64,000 nucleotides of DNA, from assembly GCA_964016885.1 (NCBI GenBank), contig OZ024742.1, positions 271,312,001 through 271,376,000 of the forward strand, in the 5' to 3' direction. Source of the stretch: Eledone cirrhosa. Taxonomy: Eukaryota. This document shows positions 1-12,269 of the stretch, piece by piece; the stretch's first letter is position 1, and each line of letters opens with the position of its first letter. The notes beneath the pieces were generated by a model. It saw nothing but the letters and a program-made list of their open reading frames with translations, did not search any database and had not been told where the DNA came from. Both the position numbers and the translations under genes were made by a program.

Positions 1-1345
1 TTTGAATAATATAAAAATATTATCATAAACCGAAGGTACACTGTAAGCAAACACACCATGTCGTCAGACCTTTGTATTGGAATGATATGAACATATTTTA
101 TACACTAGATAAAAGAGAAAGAAGGAGGTAGGAAGAGAAGGGGAAGAGGGAAGTGAGTAAGGTGGAGGGAGTCCTAGGATTTAAGACTGTCAGACTAGTA
201 GAGATTGTAAGGAGAGAATGTTTTGGCAGCAGTTAGCTTAATGAGGCGTGTTAGGGCTGGCGGGTGAAGTAAATTCTTCTAGTGGTGTTGTTCGGACAAG
301 ATTTAGTTAAAGGGGTCAAAGTGGTACAGAGTTACAGGCAAGTTATTGGGGCTTTTATAGTAGCAGGTTATTTCTAAAGGGGTCCATAAAACAGTGTTTA
401 GTACTATTATTACAGAAAGCCATATCTTGTGTATAAATATATAAAACGGTGGTGTAAAAAGGTAACAGTATATGCATTTAAAAAAAGAAAAACTCGTTTT
501 CAAACGATGGTTACAGTATAGTGAACGTTCAATTTTGCTGTTCAAAAGTTTGTTTACCGACGTTAAAATGCAGTATATCTCCAAATTGCATAATTTGCAG
601 AATCGATGATTTTGCTTATATGCAGGCGCAGAAGCAATAATTTGCCAATCAAGGGAGAATGCTTGATTGTTCCTCCGGAGCTGCCAGGCTTTATCGGCGA
701 GGGTTGTTACGGAGCGCATTTTCTCGTGCCTGATCGAAGATCGATGTTGGTATAGGCGAGCTTTGAAAGAAGTTGCGGTACATCCAACGTAATAACATTT
801 GTTGGTTCCGGAATTTATTGTTCATCGGTAGACAATATTGCGTGCTAGGCACTGGTTATTCATTGGGCACGTACCTGGTTTGGTGCAGTTACAATTATTT
901 TTATGTTTTGCAGTAGAATCCTGGATAGTTTGGTGGGGTTGTAGTTGCGTGTTAGTGCGTTGTATGTTGCTATGCTGGTGCGCTGAGTCAATAGGGATGT
1001 ACTTATTTAGTATTGCTGAGTTGAGTTTTTTAATTAGTTGTTCTATGTTAGGTGCAGTGGAGTATGAGAGTCTAATGGTGCGCGAGTTAAAGATTTTATA
1101 GTATTTATGTGAAGTTGTAAAGTGTTTATTGATTAGTGTATAGAATTGTGAGATAATCTTAGGTAACCCATACACTATAGAAACAATTGTTACCTAATAA
1201 ATTCTTTATACCCGCATTTCCATTTCATAAACTTCTCCTTATTTTCTCCGGATTTTAAAACACACTTTATTATACGTTGAGCAATCTCCGACGTCGGTTG
1301 ACTCCATCCAATGCAACTACTTAGTAACATTGGAATACAAATTTA
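1..1345 (-). mobile_element. Penelope-like element (PLE) 3' fragment: GIY-YIG endonuclease end plus 3' UTR on minus strand; 1176-1345 is probably the inverted terminal tail ending in (TA)n
   Basis: ORFs 822-1175 (NCNCTKPGTCPMNNQCLARNIVY) and 303-719 (WQIIASAPAYK..FCKLCNLE..LLNSKIE..CNHR) align with the C-terminus of the 17200-19161 PLE protein. A hammerhead 5' core CTGACGA lies on the minus strand at 61-67; the rest would run off the window. Confidence 0.85.
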
Positions 1346-2389
1346 CTATATATATATATATATATATATATATTTGATAGTGCTTGTGCATAATGACATA
1401 TATTTAAGTATAATTTATGCAAAGTAAAAGATGACATTTGCTAAACCAGTTGAAAAACATGAAACTTAACATTATTACTAAAACATATGTTATGTCTCTC
1501 CTCAAGAAAGCACTAGAATTCAGTCATGTTTATGTAGAGCTAACTTTATCCATGAAAATACGTTTCGCCACACCTATGCACATATCATTTTAAAATAATC
1601 CTAGCCCATTCGAATTCTTTCTTTTTACCGAATACACTGTAACGTGTGTCATTAGTAAATTTGATTTTATTAAACTTATCAAATTATTTTCAGAAAGAAC
1701 CTAATTTCTAACACTGTGTAACCTAAATTCCATGTGTCCTAATAAATCCCAACATCGACGATAATGTATTCACATGCAAATAAACACATCTGAGACACTA
1801 CTACTTTAATACCAAGTGTATTACTTGGCATTTCTTCCTTAGCAACATTCCTATAAGGTTCGCTTCTTAACGTATTTATTAAAGTATCTGTATGATTTGT
1901 CCATATACATTCATATTCGTTTCAAATTTGCGCATATCTAACGTAGATCTTAATTAGTGATGGCGTTTGTGCAATCAATGTATAAGAATTCCATTGAATT
2001 TTCATGTTTTTTCATAAGAAGCGAAAATCATTTAGGAAATTAATATCCTACATATAATCTACTAAGCCGCAAATTGGCATTATATGAATCTTTATAGTTG
2101 TTTCACAACTAGTTTGGAACCCCATATAAATAGAATCGAAAGTAAATAGTGTCTAAATTATTTTAGACTTAGGGAATTATTCAAATTCTCATTAACAATA
2201 TGACTGCATGTATACGTTCCTGGTCCCCAAACTACACAAAGGAGGCATTGGGGTGCCATATTGAAATACGCGTTTCTGGGGAATTTTTAAACCAAGGCGA
2301 GTCCATCAATCTTCAGGTCTAAATACAGTAAATTTATTCCAGAAGAGAATAGAGAGTGAGAGAATGGAAATGAGAAAGAGCTGTAAAGG

Positions 2390-2545
2390 AAGAATCGATC
2401 CCAGTACTAGACTGATACATATTTTATCAAACGCGAATAGGTGAAACGCAAGGTAGCCGCTGTGAGATTTGATCTCAGAGAACAAAGAGCCGAAACGAAT
2501 ACCATTCACGTATACGAGGTTCTCATGACTCAACTCGCCACCTTA
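2390..2545 (-). mobile_element. Degenerate tRNA-derived SINE (Nin-domain type)
   Basis: Minus strand reads GAGATCAAATC (B-box-like) ... TTTCACCTATTCGCGTTTGATAAAATATGTATCAGT, a diverged version of the SINE at 7211-7398. Confidence 0.5.
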
Positions 2546-3680
2546 TAATATAACCTAAACGCACACTGCCAACTCACCCATAGTTGGTTTAATTATGTTA
2601 CAAAATTGTGTTCATCTACGCTTTTTCCTCCAATAAGGTTCACGATATAAAATTGTTGTAAAATATGGCATCTAGCCATATTGATATACAATAGACATCT
2701 GTGAATGATAGGAACTTGTACAAACATTTTAGTGATTGGATTATTCAGAAGAACACTGAATCCCAGAACTCAGAATTTTTCTTAATTAAACTCAAGACCA
2801 ATACTACATATTGCTCACAAACGTAATATTAGCCATCATCACTTATTCCATGTCTTCTTCATATAATCTTTCACTAAGTTATGTTGACATGCTTCTGTAT
2901 CATAAATCACCTTTCTGGATAAACGAACATTTGTTTCCTCCATACTTATCTATTAGATCCTTCAAATGCGATCGTTCTTCATAAGATATCCTCTTAACAC
3001 TCACACGGTCCCTTGTGTCCACCCGTCATGAAACCTGTCTCATGTGCATGGTTGATGTGCAGGTTCGAACCCAGTCCTTTGGACAGTCAGTCCTGTATCT
3101 TATATAACCCTATGCATCACAGTCTTCAAGTATTTTATGTAAATTTATGCAAATCCCAATAATGTCCGGATGGCGTGAACAGATATCCCTTTGCATCTGT
3201 TTCATGTATACATTCTTTTTTCCAGTATCTTATTTTATTTTATATTATTTTATGTTATTATATTTGATGTACGTAGACGCATGTTTATCTATGCCCCCCC
3301 CCCCCCACACGTTATATGTGACTAGTGCATGGCTAATATATAGATACTGCATTTATGCATATTGTGTGTGCAGTTTCAGCATAATATGAGTTGAGTCCAA
3401 GCCTCAAGAACGTTGTCTCATATAATATTGTATGCGCCATGTGCACAGTTGCGTGTGTGTGTGTGAATGTGTGGGTAGTCATCAAGTATATGCTCTTTTT
3501 TAAGAGGTATAGGCATGCCCATGTGCATGCCCATTCGCGGGTACATGTATACATATGTACGCATACACGCATGCAGGTATGTGTATGCATGTCCGGGTGT
3601 ATCTAATTGTATGAACATGTATGTGTAGGTGTATGCATACCTATGTGTAGATTCACAATTTTTTCATCTGTATATGCGTG

Positions 3681-4643
3681 CAGCGTCTTAAGTATATATG
3701 ATTCACTGAGTACAGCGTCTTAAATATATATGATTCACTGAGTACAGCGTCTTAAGTATATATGATCCACTGAGTACAGCGTCTTAAGTATATATGATTC
3801 ACTGAGTACAGCGTCTTCAGTATATATGATTCACTGGGCACATCGTCTTAAGTATATATGATTCACTGTGTACAGCGTCTTAAGTATATATGATTCACTG
3901 TGTACATCGTCTTAAGTATATATGATTCACTGGGTACAGCGTCTTAAGTATATATGATTCACTGGGTACAGCGCCTTAAATATATATGATGCACTGAGTA
4001 CAGCGTCTTAAGTATATATGATTCACTGTGTACAGCGTCTTAAGTATATATGATTCACTGGGTACAGCGTCTTAAGTATATGTGATGCACTGAGTACAGC
4101 GTCTTAAGTATATATGATTCACTGTGTACATCGTCTTAAGTATATATGATTCATTGTGTACAGCGTCTTAAGTATATATGATTCACTGGGTACATCGTCT
4201 TAAGTATATATGATTCACTGTGTACAGCGTCTTAAGTATATATGATTCACTGAGTACATCGTCTTAAGTATATATGATTCACTGTGTACAGCGTCTTAAG
4301 TATATATGATTCACTGTGTACAGCGTCTTAAGTATATATGATGCACTGAGTAGAGCGTCTTAAGTGTATATGATTCACTGAGTACAGCGTCTTAAGTATA
4401 TATGATTCACTGTGTACATCGACTTAAGTATATATGGTTCACTGAGTACAGCGTCTTAAGTATATATGATCCACTGAGTACAGCGTCTTAAGTATATATG
4501 ATCCACTGAGTACATCGTCTTAAGTATATATGATTCACTGTGTACAGCGTCTTAAGTATATATGATTCACTGAGTAGAGCGTCTTAAGTATATATGATTC
4601 ACTGAGTACATCGTCTTAAGTATATATGATTCACCGTGTACAG
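3681..4643. repeat. 32-bp minisatellite, about 30 copies
   Basis: Unit CAGCGTCTTAAGTATATATGATTCACTG(A/T/G)GTA repeated head-to-tail, period 32, no spacers. Confidence 0.97.
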
Positions 4644-5435
4644 TGTGTGTGTGTGGATGTGCGTATACTTATCAAAGATACTTTTGGAATAACTTTTTTG
4701 AAGGGCTTTGCCAAACATTCTTTTAAAGATGTTCTTTTTATAGGGTTTTCGTTTTGAAATGTGGGTTTTTTAAGGTTTTCTGAGGTTGTGTTTTTATTAA
4801 ACGTCTTTTGAAATGTTTTTTAAATGTTTTTTTAAATGATTTTAAATGTTGTTATCAAATGCTTTTTCTTTCTATATTCGCTACACATTTAATATTTAAT
4901 ATTTACTCTGATTGTCGCATATAAGACAGTTGCGAGTGTGTATGTGATTTGTGTGGGTGTATAAGTGCCCATACCTAACAGGCCTGCGTGATGCATGGAC
5001 TTAGGTGTGAGAGCCTACAGGCCGGCAGGGCTGCGACAAGAAGCGACCGGTTCAATCATACAACCTCTTACCCCCTACAGTAGTAATTCCGATATAAGAA
5101 ACAACTTTGATTGACAGGTTGCAATTGAAAGGAACCAAATATACGACGGCCGTGCGTGGCCAAAAATACCGATGACGTGTACAACTCTTGACCACTCATA
5201 GAATGAAAAAAACAGGATATAAGCTGCCGAATGAAGGCCGCGAGTTTAACTGGACATTAGGAAACTCTGCTTCGTAGAATCGAGACATATCTGAGGATCT
5301 TGCAATTTCAGAGTCAGGTTTGATCATGCATCGATCGTGCGTAGAGCTGATCGCCTGAGAGACGATTGTAATATGTCTAATAAATCTTACCGCACCACTG
5401 ATTCTCCCTTTCTTATGTGATATATATAAATATAT

Positions 5436-5640
5436 AACGAAGGAAATGTGGTAAGGAACCAGATGGACCATAACGCACCAAAATACTCAATACTTAGGGT
5501 AGTAGAGTGGGTAATAGGAACAAGTCTGATCCCAGCGGCAGAGCTCAAGCCGTTTCGACGGCTATTTCTGGACTATTCTTTAGTCCAGAAATAGCCGTCA
5601 AAACGGCTTGAGCTCTGCCGTGGAGGTCATACTTGTTGCT
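5436..5640. mobile_element. Fold-back (palindromic) PLE pLTR end between (TA)n tracts, same family as 5745-5950
   Basis: Inverted repeat centred near 5578 (CGGCTATTTCTGGACTA / TAGTCCAGAAATAGCCG). The left arm carries the terminal tail. It contains only the GAAA/stem III half of the hammerhead. Confidence 0.8.
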
Positions 5641-5686
5641 ATATACATATATATGTATATATATATATATACCTTAACGGTTCAAG

Positions 5687-5744
<58 letters not shown>

Positions 5745-5747
<3 letters not shown>

Positions 5748-5950
5748 AAAATGTATTACCCCTTGACGAGTTCGGATATTTATTTACCACGCTAAAAATT
5801 CTAATTTAGTCCAGAAATAGCCGTCGAAGCGACTTGAGCTCTGCCGTTGGGGTCATATATTTTCCTATTACCCACTCTACTACCCTAAGTATTGAGTACT
5901 CTGGTGCGTTATGGTCCATCTGGTTCCTTACCACAATTCCTTCGTTATTT
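5745..5950 (+). mobile_element. Solo PLE pLTR with tail, flanked by (TA)n
   Basis: Shares sequence with 5436-5640 and 7532-7696 and contains a full hammerhead-like motif. Confidence 0.8.
5758..5853 (+). ncRNA. Type I hammerhead ribozyme (degenerate copy, long stem II)
   Basis: Stem I ACCCC/GGGGT, core TTGACGA...GAAG, stem III CGACT-TGAGCTC-TGCCG. The sister copy at 7654-7680 has the intact GAAA CGGCT TGAGCTC AGCCG TC (GUC site). Confidence 0.7.
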
Positions 5951-6734
5951 ATATATATATAAATATATATATTCGCTCGCGCGTGTGTTACATATATATC
6001 TGCCCATATTTCACCGACGTATGTCGATGTTAAATTGGAAAGTAGTTGCTCTCTGAGTGAACTATGTTGGTATATATTTTCCTACATGGATTTGCCTGAA
6101 ATTCTAGGTAGTAATGTGTTATTCGTTTTAAATCTATAGACAATCTCTCAAATGTTTTAGGCACCTTTTATTAATTTAATATTTATCCATGCTCTTTTGA
6201 TACTCAAATAATCATTACCCGGAAATCACTAATGTAGTGTACATTACATTAAGATTGGCATATTGGAGAGAAACGACAATGAATTCTCATGAGTTATTAT
6301 GGAATCAATCTCTCAGCCCGTCTTCCGAAAAGGACACACTCGCGACCAAATTAATATTTTGAAATGTGACTTTATATTGTATATGTCAAACAATCTTGAA
6401 CTAACGACTTTGCTTTCATACTTCCTTCACAGAATGGTCATCATTCCGATTTTCCCTTTTGTATTTATTCATTCCTGTGACCATCGATTTCCCCTTTTTG
6501 AACATATCATTGGTGATATCAATCACATTGGTCTTGCAGTGCCTGGGAAACCATAATGACTAGCATATTATCTAACTCTCCAACCCGAATAGATAACATA
6601 GATTCACTAAAGTTGACTGGTTCGTTACAGAATACTATGCAATACCTATCTCATATAAAGAATACTTTTTCACCTAGTAATAAAACAAATTATCAGTAAC
6701 ATTTACATACCCACATCAATTGAATGTTCATGCA

Positions 6735-6880
6735 GCATGATGGAATGGTTAAGGAGTTTGCCCAGCAATCTTGAGATTCTGGTTCGATGTCATAGCACTG
6801 CATTCTACTCATAAATCTGGATAGATCTAAATGTTATGTTGGACATTAGGGAGATTGAAATTGTGTAGAGACATGTCACA
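6735..6880 (+). mobile_element. Degenerate tRNA-headed SINE
   Basis: A-box-like TGGAATGGTTAAG and B-box-like GGTTCGATGTC at tRNA-like spacing; highly diverged. Confidence 0.35.
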
Positions 6881-7210
6881 TGAGCTATATCACAAAATCT
6901 AAATGGCTAAACCAATAGCAAAATCTATCCCGCAAAATATCATTAAGAATTTCGTTAAAAATTCATGTTTCCGGGAAATACTTTCCCATTAATCAAGCTA
7001 GACTACGGGAACACTCACCGTCAAAATCATTGGAACTCTAAACTTTAAATCAAGTTAAATAAGAAGACTAAAGCGCCACGAATATAACGGTGCTGACCCC
7101 ATATATTGTGGCAAAGAAACATATTCAACAGGTTTTAATATGCTGTTAGAAACATAATATACATAAACTAACACATTTGATCTAGTTCAAAGATAAATGT
7201 ATTTTTTTGT

Positions 7211-7398
7211 AATAATTGTTTCTAGTTTAGGCACAAGGCCAGCAATTAACCAGTGCATTACTGGTACTTTATTTTATCGACCCCGTAAGGATGAAAGGCA
7301 AAGTCAACCTCGGCGGGATTTGAACTCAGATCGTAAAGGGACGTAACTATGCTGGAAAGCATGGCGTCCGACCCTCTACCGATACTGCCAATCCACCG
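7211..7398 (-). mobile_element. tRNA-derived SINE with Nin/Deu-type central domain
   Basis: Minus strand: A box TGGCAGTATCGG, B box GAGTTCAAATCC, core CTTTCATCCTTACGGGGTCGATAAAATAAAGTACCAG, tail ending (ATT)n. Repeated elsewhere in the window. Confidence 0.85.
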
Positions 7399-7531
7399 TA
7401 TTTTTTTGTAATAATAAATGTTAAATTGTTTCAAGATTTAGGATTATCATTCTAACAATCCAAGCAAATATTAAAATATGTTACAACTTAATCACAGACA
7501 TGCACGGATATATATATATATATATATATAT

Positions 7532-7691
7532 AAACGAAGGAAATGTGGTAAGGAACCAAGTGGACCATAACGCACCAAAGTACTCAATACTTACGTTAGT
7601 AGAGTGGGTAATAGGAACAAATAAGACCCCGACGGCTGAGCTCAAGCGGTTTCGAAACGGCTTGAGCTCAGCCGTCGGGGTTTTATTTGTT

Positions 7692-7696
<5 letters not shown>
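7532..7696. mobile_element. Fold-back PLE pLTR end between (TA)n tracts, same family as 5745-5950
   Basis: Palindrome centred on TTTC|GAAA at 7653/7654; the left arm extends into the tail. Confidence 0.8.
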
Positions 7697-7735
<39 letters not shown>

Positions 7736-7785
7736 TAATGAAATGACAGGAGGCTGGATTTGTGTAAATCCTTGAAAGGTTTATT

Positions 7786-7843
7786 ATACTATGATCATTT
7801 CAATGACCGGGTTCCGTATGGATCCGGTGATATCATCAGGTAT
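7786..7843 (-). ncRNA. Type I hammerhead ribozyme (mirror of 11985-12042)
   Basis: Reverse complement of ATAC CTGATGA ... GAAA TGATCA TA GTAT. Confidence 0.75.
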
Positions 7844-10605
7844 TCGAAATATAATACGTGAATGTAATAGGTAAAATCCATGGGGCTGAAAATCGAGACC
7901 CGAGGGCGACCGCTATTCTGTTCCTTCAACCTCAGCCGGTCGCCCTGGAGTGACGTGGCTAAATTTTATAGTATGCTACTACCGGTCAGATGAACGAAAA
8001 CAGAAAGAGATGGGAGCATAGGTTAACGTCGATCCCATGACACAAGGTAAAAGAAAGAAAGAAAGGAAGGAGAAGAAGGGGGAAGAAAGAAGAAGAGAAG
8101 TCAGGGTTAATGTCAGCTAAAAGAGGAAGGTAACTACTACTGGTCAGATATAGGCAAGCAAGAGGGGGAAGGAAGATAAGTCTGCAGGGAGGAGGAGAGG
8201 AGAGAAGGAAGGGAAGAGAGAAGTAGAAAAGTAAGGGTTGATGGCTACAAGAAGGAAGATAGAAAGGAAGAGGAAGAAAGGTCGATATTAATGTCAGACC
8301 ACAGTCAAGCCAGGAGTGGCGCGAGAAAATTTTCACAGGGACCCGCATCTTAGCGGAGATGGATATATTGGGAGTCAGTGTTTTACAGTGTTTAGACTTC
8401 TAGGATGAAGTTAAAAACATTTAATAATCAATATTCAATATTAAAGAGGTTAGAAAATTTAAAGTTCAACAGTTTAACAATTAATTATATAATAGTTCCG
8501 ATTTGTTCTGTAATTTAAAGGTACTATTTGGCGGTTAAAACAACGGCCGCGCCCCGGGCCCCATGGCGAATTAAGCCACGCCGAGTATTTTCATTTACTG
8601 AAAGAAGGGGAAATTTATTTTTCCAAGCACTCTAGGTGAGCTCGTTCGCCACGGAGCTGGTCGCGCCGCCATTAAAACCCACCCAACAGTCCGACAGAAA
8701 GTTGGAACTTTAAAATTTAGCTTAGAGAAGTAAAAGAGTAATGGTTGATAGCTACAAGAAGGAAGATAGAAAGAGAGAGGAAGGAAGGTCGATATTAATG
8801 TCACACCACAGTCGGGCCAGGAGTGGCGCGACAAAATTTTCACAGGGACTCGCATGTTAGCAGAGGTGAATATATTGGGGGTCAGTGTGTTACAATGAAA
8901 AATTATAGGATGAAGTTAAAAAATTAATAAATTAATAATCAATATTCCATATTAAAGAGGTTAGAAAACTTAAAGCTCAACAGTTTCAGGTTGATATATA
9001 TAATAGTTCCGATTTGTTCTGTAATTTAAAGGTACTATTTGGCGGTTAAAACACCGGCCGCGCCCCAGGCCCCATGGCGAATTAAGCCACGCCGAGTATT
9101 TTCATTTACTGAAAGAAGGGGAATTTATTTTTCCAAGCACTCCAGGTGTGCCCGTTCGCCAGGGAGCTGGTCGCGCCGCCGCTAAAACCCACCCAACGGA
9201 CCGACAGAAAGTTGGAACTTCAGAACTTTGCTTAACTCTATCGGATGAAGTTGAAAGAATTCAGAATAACATTATGAAACTAAGGATTAAGAGGATTGAG
9301 AATTGAACAAACAGAAAATTGAAGATTAGACATTCAAATAACTTCTATGAGGTTTTGGGTTGCGGGGTTTAATTAAATAGTCTTTTATGAAGAAACGTTA
9401 ATTGTATTATGTAGATCTGTAATTTATCCTAGTGGGATGTAGAGTACGGGATATAGTCGTGTAATGTTTAATTTTTGTTCTCAGGAGGAGACATTCTAGT
9501 GTCGTGTGCTAATGGGTACAGGTCCCAATGTGAGGAGTAGAAATACATGGATACATAGAAGTGGAATACGTGGAAGAGCTAATGGGTACAGGTCCCAATG
9601 TGAGGGGTAGAAATACATGGATACATAGAAGTGGAATACGTGGAAGAGCACATTGGTACAGCAGAGGTATAACTATATAAACATATCAATATATAGGTAT
9701 AAACATGTAAATAAACCAACAAGAGTGGTGTTGGAGTAAGATGGAGAAATCAGGACATTAATACAGCAAACAAAGATGTGAGGATATAGATAAACAAACA
9801 ATAGTCGTTGTCTAGTAAATGTAGAGTTCAAGAGACAGGAGAAATACAATATAGTTCGGGTTGCGGTATTTATGTTCCCAGGGGGAAATATTCCAGTGAC
9901 GTGTGCTGAGGGTACACGCGAGTAAAAGTCCGAATAAGGGAAGTAGAAAGTACATGGATGTATAGAGGTAGAATACGTGGAGGAGCATTAATCTTGAACT
10001 CTACATTTACTAGACAACGACTATTGTTTGTTTATCTATATCCTCACATCTTTGTTTGCTGTATTAATGTCCTGATTTCTCCATCTTACTCCAACACCAC
10101 TCTTGTTGGTTTATTTACATGTTTATACCTATATATTGATATGTTTATATATTTATACCTCTGCTGTACCAATGTGCTCTTCCACGTATTCCACTTCTAT
10201 GTATCCATGTATTTCTACCCCTCACATTGGGACCTGTACCCATTAGCTCTTCCACGTATTCCACTTCTATGTATCCATGTATTTCTACTCCTCACATTGG
10301 GACCTGTACCCATTAGCACACGACACTAGAATGTCTCCTCCTGAGAACAAAAATTAAACATTACACGACTATATCCCGTACTCTACATCCCACTAGGATA
10401 AATTACAGATCTACATAATACAATTAACGTTTCTTCATAAAAGACTATTTAATTAAACCCCGCAACCCAAAACCTCATAGAAGTTATTTGAATGTCTAAT
10501 CTTCAATTTTCTGTTTGTTCAATTCTCAATCCTCTTACTCCTTAGTTTCATAATGTTATTCTGAATTCTTTCAACTTCATCCGATAGAGTTAAGCAAAAT
10601 TCTGA

Positions 10606-11630
10606 AGTTCCAACTTTCTGTCGGACCGTTGGGTGGGTTTTAGCGGCGGCGCGACCAGCTCCCTGGCGACACGGGCTCACCTGGAGTGCTTGGAAAAATA
10701 AATTCCCCTTCTTTCAGTAAATGAAAATACTCGGCGTGGCTTAATTAGCCATGGGGCCTGGGGCGCGGCCGGTGTTTTAACCGCCAAATAGTACCTTTAA
10801 ATTACAGAACAAATCGGAACTATTATATATATCAACCTGAAACTGTTGAGCTTTAAGTTTTCTAACCTCTTTAATATGGAATATTGATTATTAATTTATT
10901 AATTTTTTAACTTCATCCTATAAGTCTAAACATTGTAACACACTGACCCCCAATATGTTCACCTCTGCTAACATGCGAGTCCCTGTGAAAATTTTGTCGC
11001 GCCACTCCTGGCCCGACTGTGGTGTGACATTAATATCGACCTTCCTTCCTCTCTCTTTCTATCTTCCTTCTTGTAGCTATCAACCATTACGCTTTTACTT
11101 CTCTAAGCTAAATTTTAAAGTTCCAACTTTCTGTCGGACTGTTGGGTGGGTTTTAATGGCGGCGCGACCAGCTCCGTGGCGAACGAGCTCACCTAGAGTG
11201 CTTGGAAAAATAAATTTCCCTTTCTTTCAGTAAATGAAAATACTCGGCGTGGCTTAATTCGCCATGGGGCCCGGGGCGCGGCCGTTGTTTTAACCGCCAA
11301 ATAGTACCTTTAAATTACAGAACAAATCGGAACTATTATATAATTAATTGTTAAACTGTTGAACTTTAAATTGTCTAACCTCTTTAATATTGAATATTGA
11401 TTATTAAATGTTTTTAACTTCATCCTAGAAATCTAAACACTGTAAAACACTGACTCCCAATATATCCATCTCCGCTAAGATGCGGGTCCCTGTGAAAATT
11501 TTCTCGCGCCACTCCTGGCTTGACTGTGGTCTGACATTAATATCGACCTTTCTTCCTCTTCCTTTCTATCTTCCTTCTTGTAGCCATCAACCCTTACTTT
11601 TCTACTTCTCTCTTCCCTTCCTTCTCTCCT
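10606..11630 (+). repeat. Internal ~510-bp tandem duplication within the PLE 3' region (mirrored at ~8200-9220)
   Basis: AGTTCCAACTTTCTGTCGGA at 10606 and 11120; ATGCG(A/G)GTCCCTGTGAAAATTTT at 10973 and 11480. Confidence 0.9.
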
Positions 11631-11984
11631 CTCCTCCTCCCTGCAGACTTATCTTCCTTCCCCCTCTTGCTTGCCTATATCTGACCAGTAGTAGTTACCT
11701 TCCTCTTTTAGCTGACATTAACCCTGACTTCTCTTCTTCTTTCTTCCCCCTTCTTCTCCTTCCTTTCTTTCTTTCTTTTACCTTGTGTCATGGGATCGAC
11801 GTTAACCTATGCTCCCATCTCTTTCTGTTTTCGTTCATCTGACCGGTAGTAGCATACTATAAAATTTAGCCACGTCACTCCAGGGCGACCGGCTGAGGTT
11901 GAAGGAACAGAATAGCGGTCGCCCTCGGGTCTCGATTCTCAGCCCCATGGATTTTACCTATTACATTCACGTATTATATTTCGA

Positions 11985-12042
11985 ATACCTGATGATATCA
12001 CCGGATTCATACGGAACCCGGTCATTGAAATGATCATAGTAT
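11985..12042 (+). ncRNA. Type I hammerhead ribozyme
   Basis: Stem I ATAC/GTAT, core CTGATGA, stem II ATCACCGG...CCGGTCAT, GAAA, palindromic stem III TGATCA, AUA cleavage triplet. Confidence 0.8.
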
Positions 12043-12233
12043 AATAAACCTTTCAATGATTTACACAAATCCAGCCTCCTGTCATTTCATTATAATATTT
12101 AACTCCGTAATAGCACCACCAACTACAAAAACAAAGACGGTTGAACTGCTTTACGTTGAGTACTCTCTATATTATTGCATTACGATTGACCATACGGAAT
12201 AGACCAGCTCTATACAGTGGTGAACTTCAAACC

Positions 12234-12269
<36 letters not shown>

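Larger units (their letters stand above)
7729..12237. mobile_element. Large fold-back PLE insertion: two head-to-head copies of a ~2.1-kb non-coding 3' region with hammerhead pLTR, in (TA)n
   Basis: 7729-9833 is the reverse complement of 9992-12099 with scattered substitutions (mirror ORFs 7986-8348 and 11480-11842 are identical). The right arm has an extra tail 12100-12237. Both ends abut (TA)n. Confidence 0.88.

Noticed and set aside
3681-4643. Regular 32-bp repeats as a CRISPR array
   Set aside because: Units are contiguous with no unique spacers, there are no cas genes, and the context is eukaryotic.
11466-11545. Twister or pistol ribozyme in the GC-rich modules
   Set aside because: Only partial words (TAA..GC..GGTCCC); the closing strand and pseudoknot partners are missing.
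7986-11842. Repeated ORFs MRVPVKI... (four copies)
   Set aside because: They arise from the duplication and inversion of a pyrimidine-rich UTR; the copies diverge in frame and show no domain.
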